Virus record (IMG/VR): IMGVR_UViG_3300032288_005579
From: a virus
Strand: one strand, 5' to 3'
Length of the DNA: 64,000 bases
Part shown: positions 8,499 through 18,021 of the stretch, one piece after another
Numbering within the stretch: the first letter of the stretch is position 1
How the letters are laid out: every line of letters starts with the position of its first letter
Notes under the pieces: model-generated
Told to the model about the DNA's origin: nothing
Database searches by the model: none
Seen by the model: the letters and a program-made list of their open reading frames with translations, nothing else
Made by a program: the position numbers and the translations under genes

Positions 8499-8625
8499 GG
8501 GTTGATCGGGGAAGTGAGGTTCGTTAACCTGTCGGTGGAGGTGGAACCTTGTGAGTTGTAACCGACCGAGTAAAGCCGATCTTAAAAGCGGGTGTCCACG
8601 CAACCATCTCCCGCTTTCCTTTTTA
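8499..8625 (+). ncRNA. Candidate structured RNA ending in a terminator-like hairpin
   Basis: Stems GATCGG/CCGATC, AGGTT/AACCT, GTCGGT/ACCGAC, AAAGCGGG/CCCGCTTT plus T-run. Confidence 0.45.
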
Positions 8626-8686
8626 TTGTTACACGTAAAATGAATTTTTTTATGTTCTTAAAATATTGTTATATTACCAAAAAAGC

Positions 8687-9733
8687 ATGCAAAAATTCAT
8701 AATCAACAAAGACTTATTGGCTGCGCTTGACGATTACGATCGCAAGAGCAACCTCATGGAGAAACACTCCAACGTGGGGCTTCCCTACGAAGGAGACCTC
8801 AAAGCAGACGTCAACGACGATCTGATCTACCACGTACCAATCTACGATACATGTCAGCGGAGATTCGCGGCCTTCTGTTCTTTCACTGAGGCCATATGGC
8901 ACAAGCACGAGGATCCGCGCAAGATGGGAAAACACTTCGCAGATCACCATATACCCGAAGAGTTCGATTGGTTCATGCTGTGGTATTTGTTTCGACTGTG
9001 CGGCAGCGGCATCAACTATGTGCCTCGCTACTCTAAAGAAACCATTAAAGACATACTCGGTACCCACGGTTATGGCAACTTCTGGATCATCGACTCTATA
9101 TTGAAGGGTCGTTACACTTGGCAAGAGTGGAGAGAAGATCTGAGAAACCGCATCAGACCCTTCACAGACAATAAAGGATATCTGCTACCTCAATTCACGT
9201 TCGAAGGAGAGCGCAGCGGAAACCATCTGCGTAGGTTCATACTCGAACACTCAGAGAGATTGGTGAGACACATCTTCGATAAAGTAACTAAAGAGAGGAT
9301 GGACATCTATCAAGTAACCGATTACGGCAACGAGTACCTCAAAGAACAGGGATTCAAGAAGCAGAACTTCGTGCTCACAGCTTTTGCGGCAGACATAGCA
9401 GAATACATGCCACAGTACGTGAACCCTAAGGGATACGTGTACTGCGGAACCAACGCTGTGCGGTGCATCAACGCAATATTCCCAAAGGTGTCTAAGAAAG
9501 TAAAAGACTTCGAGTACCTCAACGAGGTGCTACAGTTTCTATCAGACAGATACAACTTGAACCCTATCGACTGCGAAGACGCGAGAGCGTGCGACGTTGT
9601 ACGATACTTCCAAGAATACCAGTCTCCAGATCATGTCATTAAGAATGATGGACGAAAGATGCTCAACAACTCTGTATTGAAGCAGATTTGGGGAGAAGAG
9701 AAGTATTACGACTTCGCAAACAAAATAAAGTAA
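8687..9733 (+). CDS. Hypothetical protein resembling the 5-hmdU DNA kinase helical domain (aGPT-Pplase1-like)
   Basis: FVLTAFAADIAEY...YCGTNAVRCINAIF resembles the F.ay.i..Dl...GPGa.rGl..lf pattern; WYLFR segment; next to a PLP enzyme. Remote, by-eye similarity only. Confidence 0.4.
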   Translation: MQKFIINKDLLAALDDYDRKSNLMEKHSNVGLPYEGDLKADVNDDLIYHVPIYDTCQRRFAAFCSFTEAIWHKHEDPRKMGKHFADHHIPEEFDWFMLWYLFRLCGSGINYVPRYSKETIKDILGTHGYGNFWIIDSILKGRYTWQEWREDLRNRIRPFTDNKGYLLPQFTFEGERSGNHLRRFILEHSERLVRHIFDKVTKERMDIYQVTDYGNEYLKEQGFKKQNFVLTAFAADIAEYMPQYVNPKGYVYCGTNAVRCINAIFPKVSKKVKDFEYLNEVLQFLSDRYNLNPIDCEDARACDVVRYFQEYQSPDHVIKNDGRKMLNNSVLKQIWGEEKYYDFANKIK

Positions 9734-9734
9734 C

Positions 9735-10616
9735 ATGTTCGAAAACAAGGCAACGGACCAATCCAACTTGGATTTGGAGGGAGGCAGGGATCTTAACTAC
9801 TACCTCGACATGACCAAAGACTACAAGTCGGATGCGGAGTTCAAGATAAAACAGCTTGAAGGTTTCAACGTCATCGACGATGGAGAATTCCAGTACGGAA
9901 CCAAAGCCAGAATGGGCGACTTCATGATCAGTCGAGTGAAGGAGGACACTTTAGTATACGTGGCACCTAGAACAGGCTACGCTCCTTACTCTCTCACGTA
10001 CCTAGCAAAGAAGTACAACAAGAAACTGGTGCTCTTCATGCCCGCTTCCAAAGAGGCATCCGAACACCAGCTCAGAGTGATAGAGGAAGGCGCCACACCC
10101 ATATTCCTTAGGACAGCAGCAATGCCGACTCTCAACGCTTGGGCCAAACAGTTCGCTCAAAAGACTGGCGCAAAGTACTTGCCATTCGGACTCAAGCACG
10201 AGGAGGTCGTGGCAGGTGGAGTGCGCATATTCCACGACGCACTCAAAGACCTGAACATACCCGAAATGTGGACAGTATTCTCAACCGGTGTGCTGTCCAG
10301 AACCCTTCAGATCGCTCTTCCCAATACGACGTTCAATGCTGTAGCTGTCGCAAGGAACGTGCAACCAGGCGAACTAGGCAGAGCCAGATTCTATACCTAC
10401 GATAAGGCATTCACAAGAGAATCAAAGGTCCATGTACCGTTCGATTGCATCAAGACCTACGACGCAAAGGGTTGGGAGTATATGAAGAAGTACGGTAAGG
10501 AGGGCGACTGGTTCTGGAACGTGGCAAGGAACATGCCGAAACCGACCATAAAACCAAGCGATGTTGACTCAGAACGGGCTTGGGGAGATAAGTCAGATAT
10601 GGACAAGTACCTATAA
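9735..10616 (+). CDS. PLP-dependent fold-type II (TrpB / ACC-deaminase-like) enzyme
   Basis: DD...GTKAR (PLP lysine), VYVAPRTGYAPYSL, FSTGVL, YDAKGW, WFWNVA. Confidence 0.7.
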   Translation: MFENKATDQSNLDLEGGRDLNYYLDMTKDYKSDAEFKIKQLEGFNVIDDGEFQYGTKARMGDFMISRVKEDTLVYVAPRTGYAPYSLTYLAKKYNKKLVLFMPASKEASEHQLRVIEEGATPIFLRTAAMPTLNAWAKQFAQKTGAKYLPFGLKHEEVVAGGVRIFHDALKDLNIPEMWTVFSTGVLSRTLQIALPNTTFNAVAVARNVQPGELGRARFYTYDKAFTRESKVHVPFDCIKTYDAKGWEYMKKYGKEGDWFWNVARNMPKPTIKPSDVDSERAWGDKSDMDKYL

Positions 10617-10658
10617 AATTTATTAGATTAGCTGAACAAATTAGTGTATATTAAAACT

Positions 10659-10943
10659 ATGAAAAACAAAAACATACTTGAAGAAGCAAATGAAATTGTC
10701 AACAGACGATCTCAAGAAAAGGAACGAATGTACGGTCCATTTTCTGAGGGAATGGAACGCGCTGCTATGATCATGCGTGGAATGACAGGCAAGAATTTTA
10801 CAGCCGAAGACGTATACGTTGCATTGGTTGCATTAAAACTTTCTAGGCATTCTTACAATTATCGCAGAGATAATCTACTTGATGCCACTGCATACTTAGG
10901 AGCTTTAGATAATTACATCTCAGATAAACAAAGCAAAAAATAA
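10659..10943 (+). CDS. DUF6378-like phage protein (possible nucleotide pyrophosphohydrolase)
   Basis: ILEEANEIV..R..ERMYG, ALKLSR, DNLLDATAY pattern. Confidence 0.6.
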   Translation: MKNKNILEEANEIVNRRSQEKERMYGPFSEGMERAAMIMRGMTGKNFTAEDVYVALVALKLSRHSYNYRRDNLLDATAYLGALDNYISDKQSKK

Positions 10944-10944
10944 T

Positions 10945-11109
10945 ATGAGTACTAAATCGCAGATCAATAGAATTAGGGATAAAATCAAAGAAGTAGTCAC
11001 TTCTCCGGCAAAAGATTGGTTTGATAGAACTGTAAACAAGTCAGCAAAACTTAGGATACTGAGAAGAAAGTTGCACAATTTAGAGGTCGCTAGAACAAAG
11101 GGACGATGA
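10945..11109 (+). CDS. Small basic hypothetical protein (54 aa)
   Basis: Read by hand: MSTKSQINRIRDK...KGR; ATGA overlap with the next gene. Confidence 0.5.
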   Translation: MSTKSQINRIRDKIKEVVTSPAKDWFDRTVNKSAKLRILRRKLHNLEVARTKGR

Positions 11110-11444
11110 ATTTATTTTATGGGATATTGACGGGCATTATAGCACAAGCTATAACATTTTGTCAATTACAGGGAAGCGCTAAGTGGGGATGGTATGAAAA
11201 ATATCCTATACTCATACTTCTTTTGGGAATCCCATCGTCTTATTTTTTTATAAAGTCTACTCACAGTATCATAGAGGTTTATAACGGAGAAATATGGCCT
11301 AGTAGATTGTTAGGATTTGGAACAGGTATCATAACTTTTTACGTAATGAGTTACCTATTATTTCACGAATCCATAACTCTGAAAACTATTATTTGTTTAA
11401 TACTGTCTTTCGCTATCGTAGCTATTCAATTGTATTGGAGATGA
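11106..11444 (+). CDS. Small multi-pass membrane protein
   Basis: Four hydrophobic segments in 112 aa. Confidence 0.7.
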   Translation: MNLFYGILTGIIAQAITFCQLQGSAKWGWYEKYPILILLLGIPSSYFFIKSTHSIIEVYNGEIWPSRLLGFGTGIITFYVMSYLLFHESITLKTIICLILSFAIVAIQLYWR

Positions 11445-11653
11445 TGCTAGAATTTCAAAGTCCTATACCGGTTATAGTAGAGAACGACAAAGAAGGTTAC
11501 GCTATATACGTTACAAACGGAGGGTCCTTTGAAAACGATATTTGGTGTGTTGTGCATTGCGATGGAGGGCATGTTAGACACTATACAAGCGATCAAATAA
11601 AAATACATGCGAATGCTACTTTAGGAATACAAAAAATCAATACACCAAAATGA
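11441..11653 (+). CDS. Hypothetical phage protein
   Basis: MMLEFQSPIPV...; ATGA overlap with the previous gene. Confidence 0.65.
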   Translation: MMLEFQSPIPVIVENDKEGYAIYVTNGGSFENDIWCVVHCDGGHVRHYTSDQIKIHANATLGIQKINTPK

Positions 11654-11770
11654 AGAGTTTTTTACTTGGCACAATAGGTGTTATAGTAGCTGCTATAATA
11701 CCATTTGGAATACTAAAATTAGCAGCGACCATGATGGATAGAAAAGAACGACTACAAAAACAAAAACAAT

Positions 11771-12208
11771 ATGAAGATCAAGAAAATAAGACAGGTAAAG
11801 ACACCAACTAGAGGCACACCTGATAGCGCAGGAATCGATCTGTACATTCCTAAGGACTACACTAATAAGCCAATAACCATCGAACCGGGAGAGTCACTAT
11901 TCATTCCCAGCGGCATAAAAGCACATGTTCCAAAAGGACACGCATGGGTCGCTATGAATAAGAGCGGAGTAGCTGTGAAACAGGGTCTATCGGTAGGAGC
12001 GCAAGTTGTGGATGCCGATTACGATGGAGAAATACATATTCACGTGTTCAATTTCTCCGATATACCCCAAGAGATTCAGCCCGAACAAAAGATAATTCAA
12101 ATGTTACTTTTGCCCGTAAACTTCGAAAACATTGAAGAGGTGGAAGAACTTCCTGATAGGAAGACAGAGCGGGGTAGCGGAGGATTCGGAAGCACAGGAT
12201 TACAATAG
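11771..12208 (+). CDS. dut: Trimeric dUTPase
   Basis: SAGIDL, NKSG, VVDADYDGEI, RGSGGFGSTG. Confidence 0.95.
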   Translation: MKIKKIRQVKTPTRGTPDSAGIDLYIPKDYTNKPITIEPGESLFIPSGIKAHVPKGHAWVAMNKSGVAVKQGLSVGAQVVDADYDGEIHIHVFNFSDIPQEIQPEQKIIQMLLLPVNFENIEEVEELPDRKTERGSGGFGSTGLQ

Positions 12209-12210
12209 TC

Positions 12211-12690
12211 ATGGGAAGAGAAGAGACCATACACATCTTAGAGGAAAGAACTAGGCAAAAATTGTCTAAGCTTGATGCTGTATACGTTAACATAGCAAAA
12301 GAAGTGGGATCTCTTTCTAATTGTGAAAGAAGTAAAGTCGGCGCCATACTTGTAAAAGACGGTAACATAATATCCATGGGGTATAATGGAACTCCCAAGG
12401 GTTTTGATAATTGCTGTGAAGACGTCGTAGTAGTCGATGGAGAGAGTAAACTTGTTACTAAAAAGGAAGTGCTGCATGCGGAAATGAATGCAGTTTTAAA
12501 AGCAGCGAGAACCGGAAATTCAGTCGAAGGATCTACGCTGTACATAACTCTTGCGCCTTGCATAGATTGCTCGAAATATCTATTGCAATCGGGAATACGA
12601 AGAGTTGTATATTTGGAAGAGTATAGGGACAATAGCGGAGTTACGCTGTTGGGTAATTACATAAAAGTAGAAAAGTATGATGTTAAGTAA
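12211..12690 (+). CDS. dCMP deaminase
   Basis: KVGAILV, GYNGTP, HAEMNA, PCIDC zinc motif. Confidence 0.93.
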   Translation: MGREETIHILEERTRQKLSKLDAVYVNIAKEVGSLSNCERSKVGAILVKDGNIISMGYNGTPKGFDNCCEDVVVVDGESKLVTKKEVLHAEMNAVLKAARTGNSVEGSTLYITLAPCIDCSKYLLQSGIRRVVYLEEYRDNSGVTLLGNYIKVEKYDVK

Positions 12691-13312
12691 TGCAACAGAG
12701 GCGTTTGAATATTTGTACCACGATTTGAATACTCGAGGGGAGGATTTTGCTGGAACGAAGGCAAGATTCAATGCTTCATTCACCGTGTCAAACGTAGAAG
12801 ATAACATCATTGAAACTCCACAACGAGCTTTCAAAAAGAGTTACGCTGAATACGAATGGAACTGGTATCTTACGGGGAATAGAGACGCGAAAGAAATAGC
12901 TGAGCGTGCCAAAATATGGCAAAACATGATGGTTCCTGGTACTACAGAGGTTAATTCCAACTACGGGTATTTTTGGAAGTACAATGATCAGTTAGATAGA
13001 GTCATAAACGAGTTAAAGAACAATCCAAATACCCGCCGCGCCATAGTGGTTCATTATGATATCAATGAACTCGATAGGTACAAATACGATACACCGTGTA
13101 ATGATGTATTGAACTTCTACGTTAAGGACGGAAAGTTAGAACTCACAGTCTTCGCTAGAAGCATAGATCTGTGGTTCGGATTCTGCAACGATTTCTATAT
13201 ATTTTCCAGACTCATGAAGATGGTATCTAAAGAAACAGGTTATGAGTTGGGAAACATGCATTGGTTCATTACGAATTTACATATATACGAAAGACACTAC
13301 AACAAACTATAA
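12677..13312 (+). CDS. Thymidylate-synthase-fold enzyme, dCMP hydroxymethylase/methylase type
   Basis: Catalytic PC (DTPCN), RSIDLWFGFCND with Asp at R+11, NLHIYERH; only 211 aa. Confidence 0.75.
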   Translation: MMLSNATEAFEYLYHDLNTRGEDFAGTKARFNASFTVSNVEDNIIETPQRAFKKSYAEYEWNWYLTGNRDAKEIAERAKIWQNMMVPGTTEVNSNYGYFWKYNDQLDRVINELKNNPNTRRAIVVHYDINELDRYKYDTPCNDVLNFYVKDGKLELTVFARSIDLWFGFCNDFYIFSRLMKMVSKETGYELGNMHWFITNLHIYERHYNKL

Positions 13313-13313
13313 C

Positions 13314-13640
13314 ATGCAATTTACAGAAGTTAAGTGCGTCATGGGCGCAGAAGATTACAACTTAAAATTGGGGCATCTATACTTGGCCGAGGTTACCAAA
13401 AACGGACACTATAAACTTTTAGAAACTTCACCACCGGAACCGTACAATTGTTTTCACAAGGAACGATTTGAACCCACTGGAAAGGTATATAGTTACGAAG
13501 AGATCTTCGGTACGTATGAAGAATATTATTATGATCACTCGAAAGGATTTTGCGAAGAATGCGAGGATTATTTCGTATATTTAAATAGTTTAAAAGCAAA
13601 ACACAAAGACAATGGAGACACCAATGAAAGCCAATCTTAA
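13314..13640 (+). CDS. Hypothetical protein
   Basis: ATG 13314 within the track ORF; CxxC near the C terminus. Confidence 0.55.
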   Translation: MQFTEVKCVMGAEDYNLKLGHLYLAEVTKNGHYKLLETSPPEPYNCFHKERFEPTGKVYSYEEIFGTYEEYYYDHSKGFCEECEDYFVYLNSLKAKHKDNGDTNESQS

Positions 13641-13851
13641 TATCACTCTGGACAAGACTACACCCATGTCTTGTGACGAGTGCGGCTCAAACGTATTTCA
13701 CGAGGTGGTTATGATTAGGAAAGCATCAAAGTTCCTTATCGGTTCTGCCCAAGATGCCCTTATCCCGATACCTATTTTCGCATGCGCTAAGTGTAACCAC
13801 GTAAACAACGATCTGTACCCTCCTGACATGAAGAAGGAGATGGAGGGTTGA
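13612..13851 (+). CDS. Small zinc-ribbon protein
   Basis: CDECG and CAKCNH. Confidence 0.7.
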   Translation: METPMKANLNITLDKTTPMSCDECGSNVFHEVVMIRKASKFLIGSAQDALIPIPIFACAKCNHVNNDLYPPDMKKEMEG

Positions 13852-13854
13852 GTT

Positions 13855-14760
13855 GTGGAAAAGAAGCCTATAGAGATTAATCACGCTTACCAAAAAAGCG
13901 TATCGTACAGTCAATTGTCCATGTATACGAATTGTCAGTATTCGTGGTACCTGGCTTACGTCAAGAAGAAAAAGGTATTCAAACCAGGAATTCACCTTCT
14001 TTACGGTACATCGTTACACGAGACTCTGCAAAATTACTTGCATGTCATGTACAACGAATCTATCAAGGCGGCCGACGAAATCGATTTAAGCGCATATTTA
14101 GAAGATAGGATGATAGCCAATTATAAGGCTGATCTGGAAAATAACGACAAACAACACTATTGTACCAAAGAGGAATTCAAGGAGTTTTTAGAGGACGGAG
14201 TTGCCTCTTTAGAGTGGTTCAAAAAGAATCGTGGCAAATACTTCTCTAGAAAAGACACAGAGCTCGTAGGCATAGAAATACCCATCTTACAATCCGTAAC
14301 CGACTATTCTCCCAATGTTCTCATTCAGGGTTATATCGACTTTATACTTTATCACAAGGATACCGATAGTTATACTATTTTTGATATCAAAACGTCTACG
14401 CGAGGCTGGAAGGACAAAGAGAAGAAGGACGCTACGAAGCTCAGTCAGATCCTCATCTACAAACACTTTTACTCTAAGGCCCTCAACATCCCAGAGGAAA
14501 AGATCGATGTCAAGTTTTTCATAGTCAAGAGAAAGATCTTCGAATCCACGGAGTTCAAGGTTTCAAGGATCCAAGAGTTTGTTCCTGCTAACAAGACTAA
14601 AAAAGTAAAGGAAGCTTACACGAGTTTGGAGAACTTTATCAAGGAGTGCTTCACTCCAGACGCTAAATACAACGAAGAGCGGGTGTATCCTAAAAATACA
14701 GACGCCTGTAAGTACTGCCCTTACAAAGATAAACCTGAGCTTTGCGATAGAAAGAACTAG
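13855..14760 (+). CDS. PD-(D/E)XK nuclease, AddB/Cas4-like
   Basis: SYSQLSMYTNC, GYID, DIKT, C-terminal CKYCPY..LC (four-Cys staple). Confidence 0.85.
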   Translation: MEKKPIEINHAYQKSVSYSQLSMYTNCQYSWYLAYVKKKKVFKPGIHLLYGTSLHETLQNYLHVMYNESIKAADEIDLSAYLEDRMIANYKADLENNDKQHYCTKEEFKEFLEDGVASLEWFKKNRGKYFSRKDTELVGIEIPILQSVTDYSPNVLIQGYIDFILYHKDTDSYTIFDIKTSTRGWKDKEKKDATKLSQILIYKHFYSKALNIPEEKIDVKFFIVKRKIFESTEFKVSRIQEFVPANKTKKVKEAYTSLENFIKECFTPDAKYNEERVYPKNTDACKYCPYKDKPELCDRKN

Positions 14761-14780
14761 TGTATTTCCACATTTACATA

Positions 14781-14788
14781 TATTTATA
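14781..14788 (+). promoter_or_regulatory. TATTTATA motif heading the glycan cluster
   Basis: Exact octamer 17 nt before ATG 14806. Confidence 0.55.
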
Positions 14789-14805
14789 ATAAAGATAATG
14801 TAAAT

Positions 14806-15027
14806 ATGGAAAAGAAGTTCTCTACAACGACGGTTAAGATACCTGAAAAAATGTATCAAGACTACAAGATCATGAACGTGAGAGCGGACATGAATTTACA
14901 AGATCTAGTTCATAGATCTATGTATCTATACTTGACTGATGCAGATTTTAGGTATAAAATACACCAAACCTATTCAACTTATTATACAGGAAGCGATATA
15001 ATGAATGCGATAACAAACTTCAAATAG
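14806..15027 (+). CDS. Small hypothetical protein (ribbon-helix-helix-like)
   Basis: TTVKIPEKMYQDYK...LQDLVHRSMYLYL strand-helix-helix pattern. Confidence 0.55.
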   Translation: MEKKFSTTTVKIPEKMYQDYKIMNVRADMNLQDLVHRSMYLYLTDADFRYKIHQTYSTYYTGSDIMNAITNFK

Positions 15028-15029
15028 TT

Positions 15030-16475
15030 ATGGAAAATATCAAAGAGGGTTATATTCCAAAAACCGACAGAAAGAAAATACTGTTGATGTGCGACGATAT
15101 TAGAATGCACTCAGGCATAGCCACAATGGCAAGAGAAATAGTTTTAGGTACTTCTCACAGATTCAATTGGGTAAATTTAGGCGCCGCAATAAATCATCCA
15201 GAGATGGGTAAGAAATTAGACCTTTGTGATGACACAAGCAAACACGCTGGAATACCCGATTCAAGTGTATACGTGTATCCCTCCAATGGATACGGAACTA
15301 TTGAGATCGTTAGGCAGCTTATCAACGATGAAAAGCCGGATGCAATAATGATATTCACCGATCCCAGGTATTGGGTGTGGTTTTTTCAGATGGAGAACGA
15401 AGTACGAAAACACATTCCAGTTTTTTACTTATCTATTTGGGACGATTATCCTGCTCCTAATTATAATAAATCATATTATGATTCTTGCGATCTTTTAATG
15501 TCCATTTCAAAACAAACAGAGAATATTCACAAGCTTGTTTTGGGGGATAGAGCTAAGGATAAGATTATAACTTATGTTCCTCACGGAATAAATCATAGGA
15601 GTTTTTACCCGATAACCGAAGACTCTCACGAAACACTGGCACTTCAAGAATTTAAGAAAAATGTTTTTGGTAAAGACACGCCAGAATTCGTGGTATTCTA
15701 TAACTCAAGAAATATCAGGCGGAAGTGTACTTCTGATTTGATATTTGCATACTCTGTGTTCTGTGATATGATAGGAAAAGAGAAAGCATCAAAATGCGCG
15801 CTTCTTCTACACACACAAAAAGCTGACGAAAACGGCACCAATCTTCAAGCCGTAGTAGATCTCGTATGCGATCCAGAGTATCAAAAAGTGTATTTCTCAG
15901 AGAGCGCTATAGGCGTAAATCTAATGAATATGCTTTACAACTTAGCAGATGTGACTGCGCTTATATCTTCTAACGAAGGTTGGGGGCTTTCTTTGACAGA
16001 GTCAATGATGGCCGGAAGAATGATCATCGCTAACGTAACTGGTGGTATGCAGGATCAAATGAGATTCGAAGATGAAAACGGGGATTGGATAAAGTTCGAT
16101 GACAACTTCCCCTCTAACCACACTGGAAAGTACAAGAATTGCGGAGAATGGGCTGTACCCGTATTCCCCTCCAACATCAGTGTAGTAGGATCTATACCCA
16201 CGCCGTATATATACGACGATCGCTGCGACTTTAGAGATGTTGCAAAAGCAATAAAAGAGGTTTATGACATGCCTAAAGAAGAGAGACTAGCAAGGGGAGA
16301 AAAGGGCAGGGAATGGGTTTTATCTGATGAGTCTATGATGAGCGCTGACAATATGTCTAAGAACGTAATAAACTCAATTGAAGAGTGCTTTAATAAGTTC
16401 GAACCTAAATCCTATGAACTTATAAAAATAGAAAAATTGCCTCGTAAGAAAATCACACATAAACTAATTTACTGA
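15030..16475 (+). CDS. Glycosyltransferase family 4
   Basis: SGIATMAREI, EGWGLSLTE (Ex7E). Confidence 0.88.
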   Translation: MENIKEGYIPKTDRKKILLMCDDIRMHSGIATMAREIVLGTSHRFNWVNLGAAINHPEMGKKLDLCDDTSKHAGIPDSSVYVYPSNGYGTIEIVRQLINDEKPDAIMIFTDPRYWVWFFQMENEVRKHIPVFYLSIWDDYPAPNYNKSYYDSCDLLMSISKQTENIHKLVLGDRAKDKIITYVPHGINHRSFYPITEDSHETLALQEFKKNVFGKDTPEFVVFYNSRNIRRKCTSDLIFAYSVFCDMIGKEKASKCALLLHTQKADENGTNLQAVVDLVCDPEYQKVYFSESAIGVNLMNMLYNLADVTALISSNEGWGLSLTESMMAGRMIIANVTGGMQDQMRFEDENGDWIKFDDNFPSNHTGKYKNCGEWAVPVFPSNISVVGSIPTPYIYDDRCDFRDVAKAIKEVYDMPKEERLARGEKGREWVLSDESMMSADNMSKNVINSIEECFNKFEPKSYELIKIEKLPRKKITHKLIY

Positions 16476-16479
16476 TAAT

Positions 16480-17790
16480 ATGAAACCGTTGTGCGTTATA
16501 TCGTGTCCAATAGACACATACTCAGGATACGGAAGCAGAAGCCGAGATTTCGTAAAAGCGCTTTACGAACTTAAGAAAGACGAATGGAACATTAAAGTCC
16601 TTTCACAGAGGTGGGGAAACACCCCATGGAATTACATAAAGAACGAACTAAAGAACGATCAATATTGGGCTTTCTTAAAAGATGTTATCATACCCGGAAA
16701 TCAATTGAATCAACAGCCTGATTATTGGTTTCAAATAACAGTGCCTAACGAATTTCAACCAATAGGCAAGTTATACAACGTCGGAGTTACTGCAGGAATA
16801 GAGTCAACCATGTGCCATCCTACTTGGATAGATGGTATAAATAAAATGCCTCTGACCTTAGTGTCCTCCAATCACGCTAAGAACGTCATAAAGAATTCTG
16901 TCTTCCAAGAAAAGGATACAAATAATCCTGACATTGTGAAACGTGAAGTACGATGCGAAAAACCCGTAGAAGTTTTATTCGAAGGTTTGGATACAAACAA
17001 GTATTTTTACATAGAGCCTAAAGACTATCCCAAAACAAAACTAACCGAATCTTTAAATTCTATAGAAGAGAGTTTCAATTATCTGTTTGTTGGACATTGG
17101 TTGCAAGGGGCTCATGGCCACGATAGAAAGAATGTGGCAAGCATGATAAGAATGTTCTTAGAGACGTTTAAGAACCAGAAAAAGAAACCTGGTTTGATTT
17201 TGAAAACTACTCGAGTATCTAATAGCGTAATGGACAGAGAAGACATATTGGAAAATATAGATCTTATAAGAAACTCTATAGACTCTAAAGATTTACCCAA
17301 TATATATCTTTTACACGGTGAGTTGAATGATGAAGACATGAATCTCATATACAACCACAATAAAGTAAAAGCCATGTTGTGTCTAACTCACGGAGAAGGC
17401 TACTGTCGTCCACTGTTAGAGTTCAGTATCACGAAGAAACCTATCATAGCCAGCGGATGGTCAGGTCATCTAGATTTCTTAAAACCCGAATTTAACTCTT
17501 TAATTCCCGGACAATTACAGAATTTGCATCCGAGTGTATTAGTGGATAACATTCTGATAAAGGAGTCGTCGTGGTTTTATCCAGATGAAACAGCAAGTAA
17601 AGCAGTTATGGAAGTTATGTTTGAGAAGTACGATAGATACCTAGAGAACGCTAAGAGACAGGCTTTTAGAAGTAAGACAGAATTTTCTATGGAAAATATG
17701 AAAGACAAACTTAGACAATTCGTAGATGCTTTTCCTAAACCTATACCTTTACAGTTACCTAAACTTAAAAAGATCAATGTATCAAATTAA
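16480..17790 (+). CDS. Glycosyltransferase family 4
   Basis: SGYGSRSR, GEGYCRPLLE (Ex7E), IIASGWSGH. Confidence 0.85.
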   Translation: MKPLCVISCPIDTYSGYGSRSRDFVKALYELKKDEWNIKVLSQRWGNTPWNYIKNELKNDQYWAFLKDVIIPGNQLNQQPDYWFQITVPNEFQPIGKLYNVGVTAGIESTMCHPTWIDGINKMPLTLVSSNHAKNVIKNSVFQEKDTNNPDIVKREVRCEKPVEVLFEGLDTNKYFYIEPKDYPKTKLTESLNSIEESFNYLFVGHWLQGAHGHDRKNVASMIRMFLETFKNQKKKPGLILKTTRVSNSVMDREDILENIDLIRNSIDSKDLPNIYLLHGELNDEDMNLIYNHNKVKAMLCLTHGEGYCRPLLEFSITKKPIIASGWSGHLDFLKPEFNSLIPGQLQNLHPSVLVDNILIKESSWFYPDETASKAVMEVMFEKYDRYLENAKRQAFRSKTEFSMENMKDKLRQFVDAFPKPIPLQLPKLKKINVSN

Positions 17791-17796
17791 TCGTTT

Positions 17797-18021
17797 ATGT
17801 TAGATAAGATAAAAGAAATAGTACAAGCTTACGCTATCGCAATAAATCCCACAGAGGAGCAAAAGCGAATAGCCGAAGAAAGATTAAAGATTTGCATGAC
17901 ATGTGAAAATTGGGAAGAATCTCCCATAGCTAGATGCAAACTTTGCGGATGTTTAACTAAGGGAAAAGTGTTTTCTCCTAATGGACCTGATGCTTGCCCC
18001 ATAAAAAAATGGACAGTATGA
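17797..18021 (+). CDS. Small Cys-rich protein
   Basis: RLKICMTC, CKLCGC, CPIKKW. Confidence 0.7.
   Translation: MLDKIKEIVQAYAIAINPTEEQKRIAEERLKICMTCENWEESPIARCKLCGCLTKGKVFSPNGPDACPIKKWTV

Noticed and set aside
8069-8625. Spacers as theta/HDV-like or pistol ribozymes
   Set aside because: By eye I could not place the HDV P3/P1.1 elements after any tRNA end, and the pistol-like TTAGGGC lacks the P1 hairpin and TAAATAG linker. A covariance-model search is still worthwhile.
12677-13312. Annotation as ordinary thyA
   Set aside because: Asp rather than Asn at the pyrimidine-specificity position, and short length.
13855-14760. Cas4 as part of a CRISPR-Cas system
   Set aside because: No repeat-spacer array or other cas genes in the window; solo Cas4/AddB-like nucleases are common in phages.
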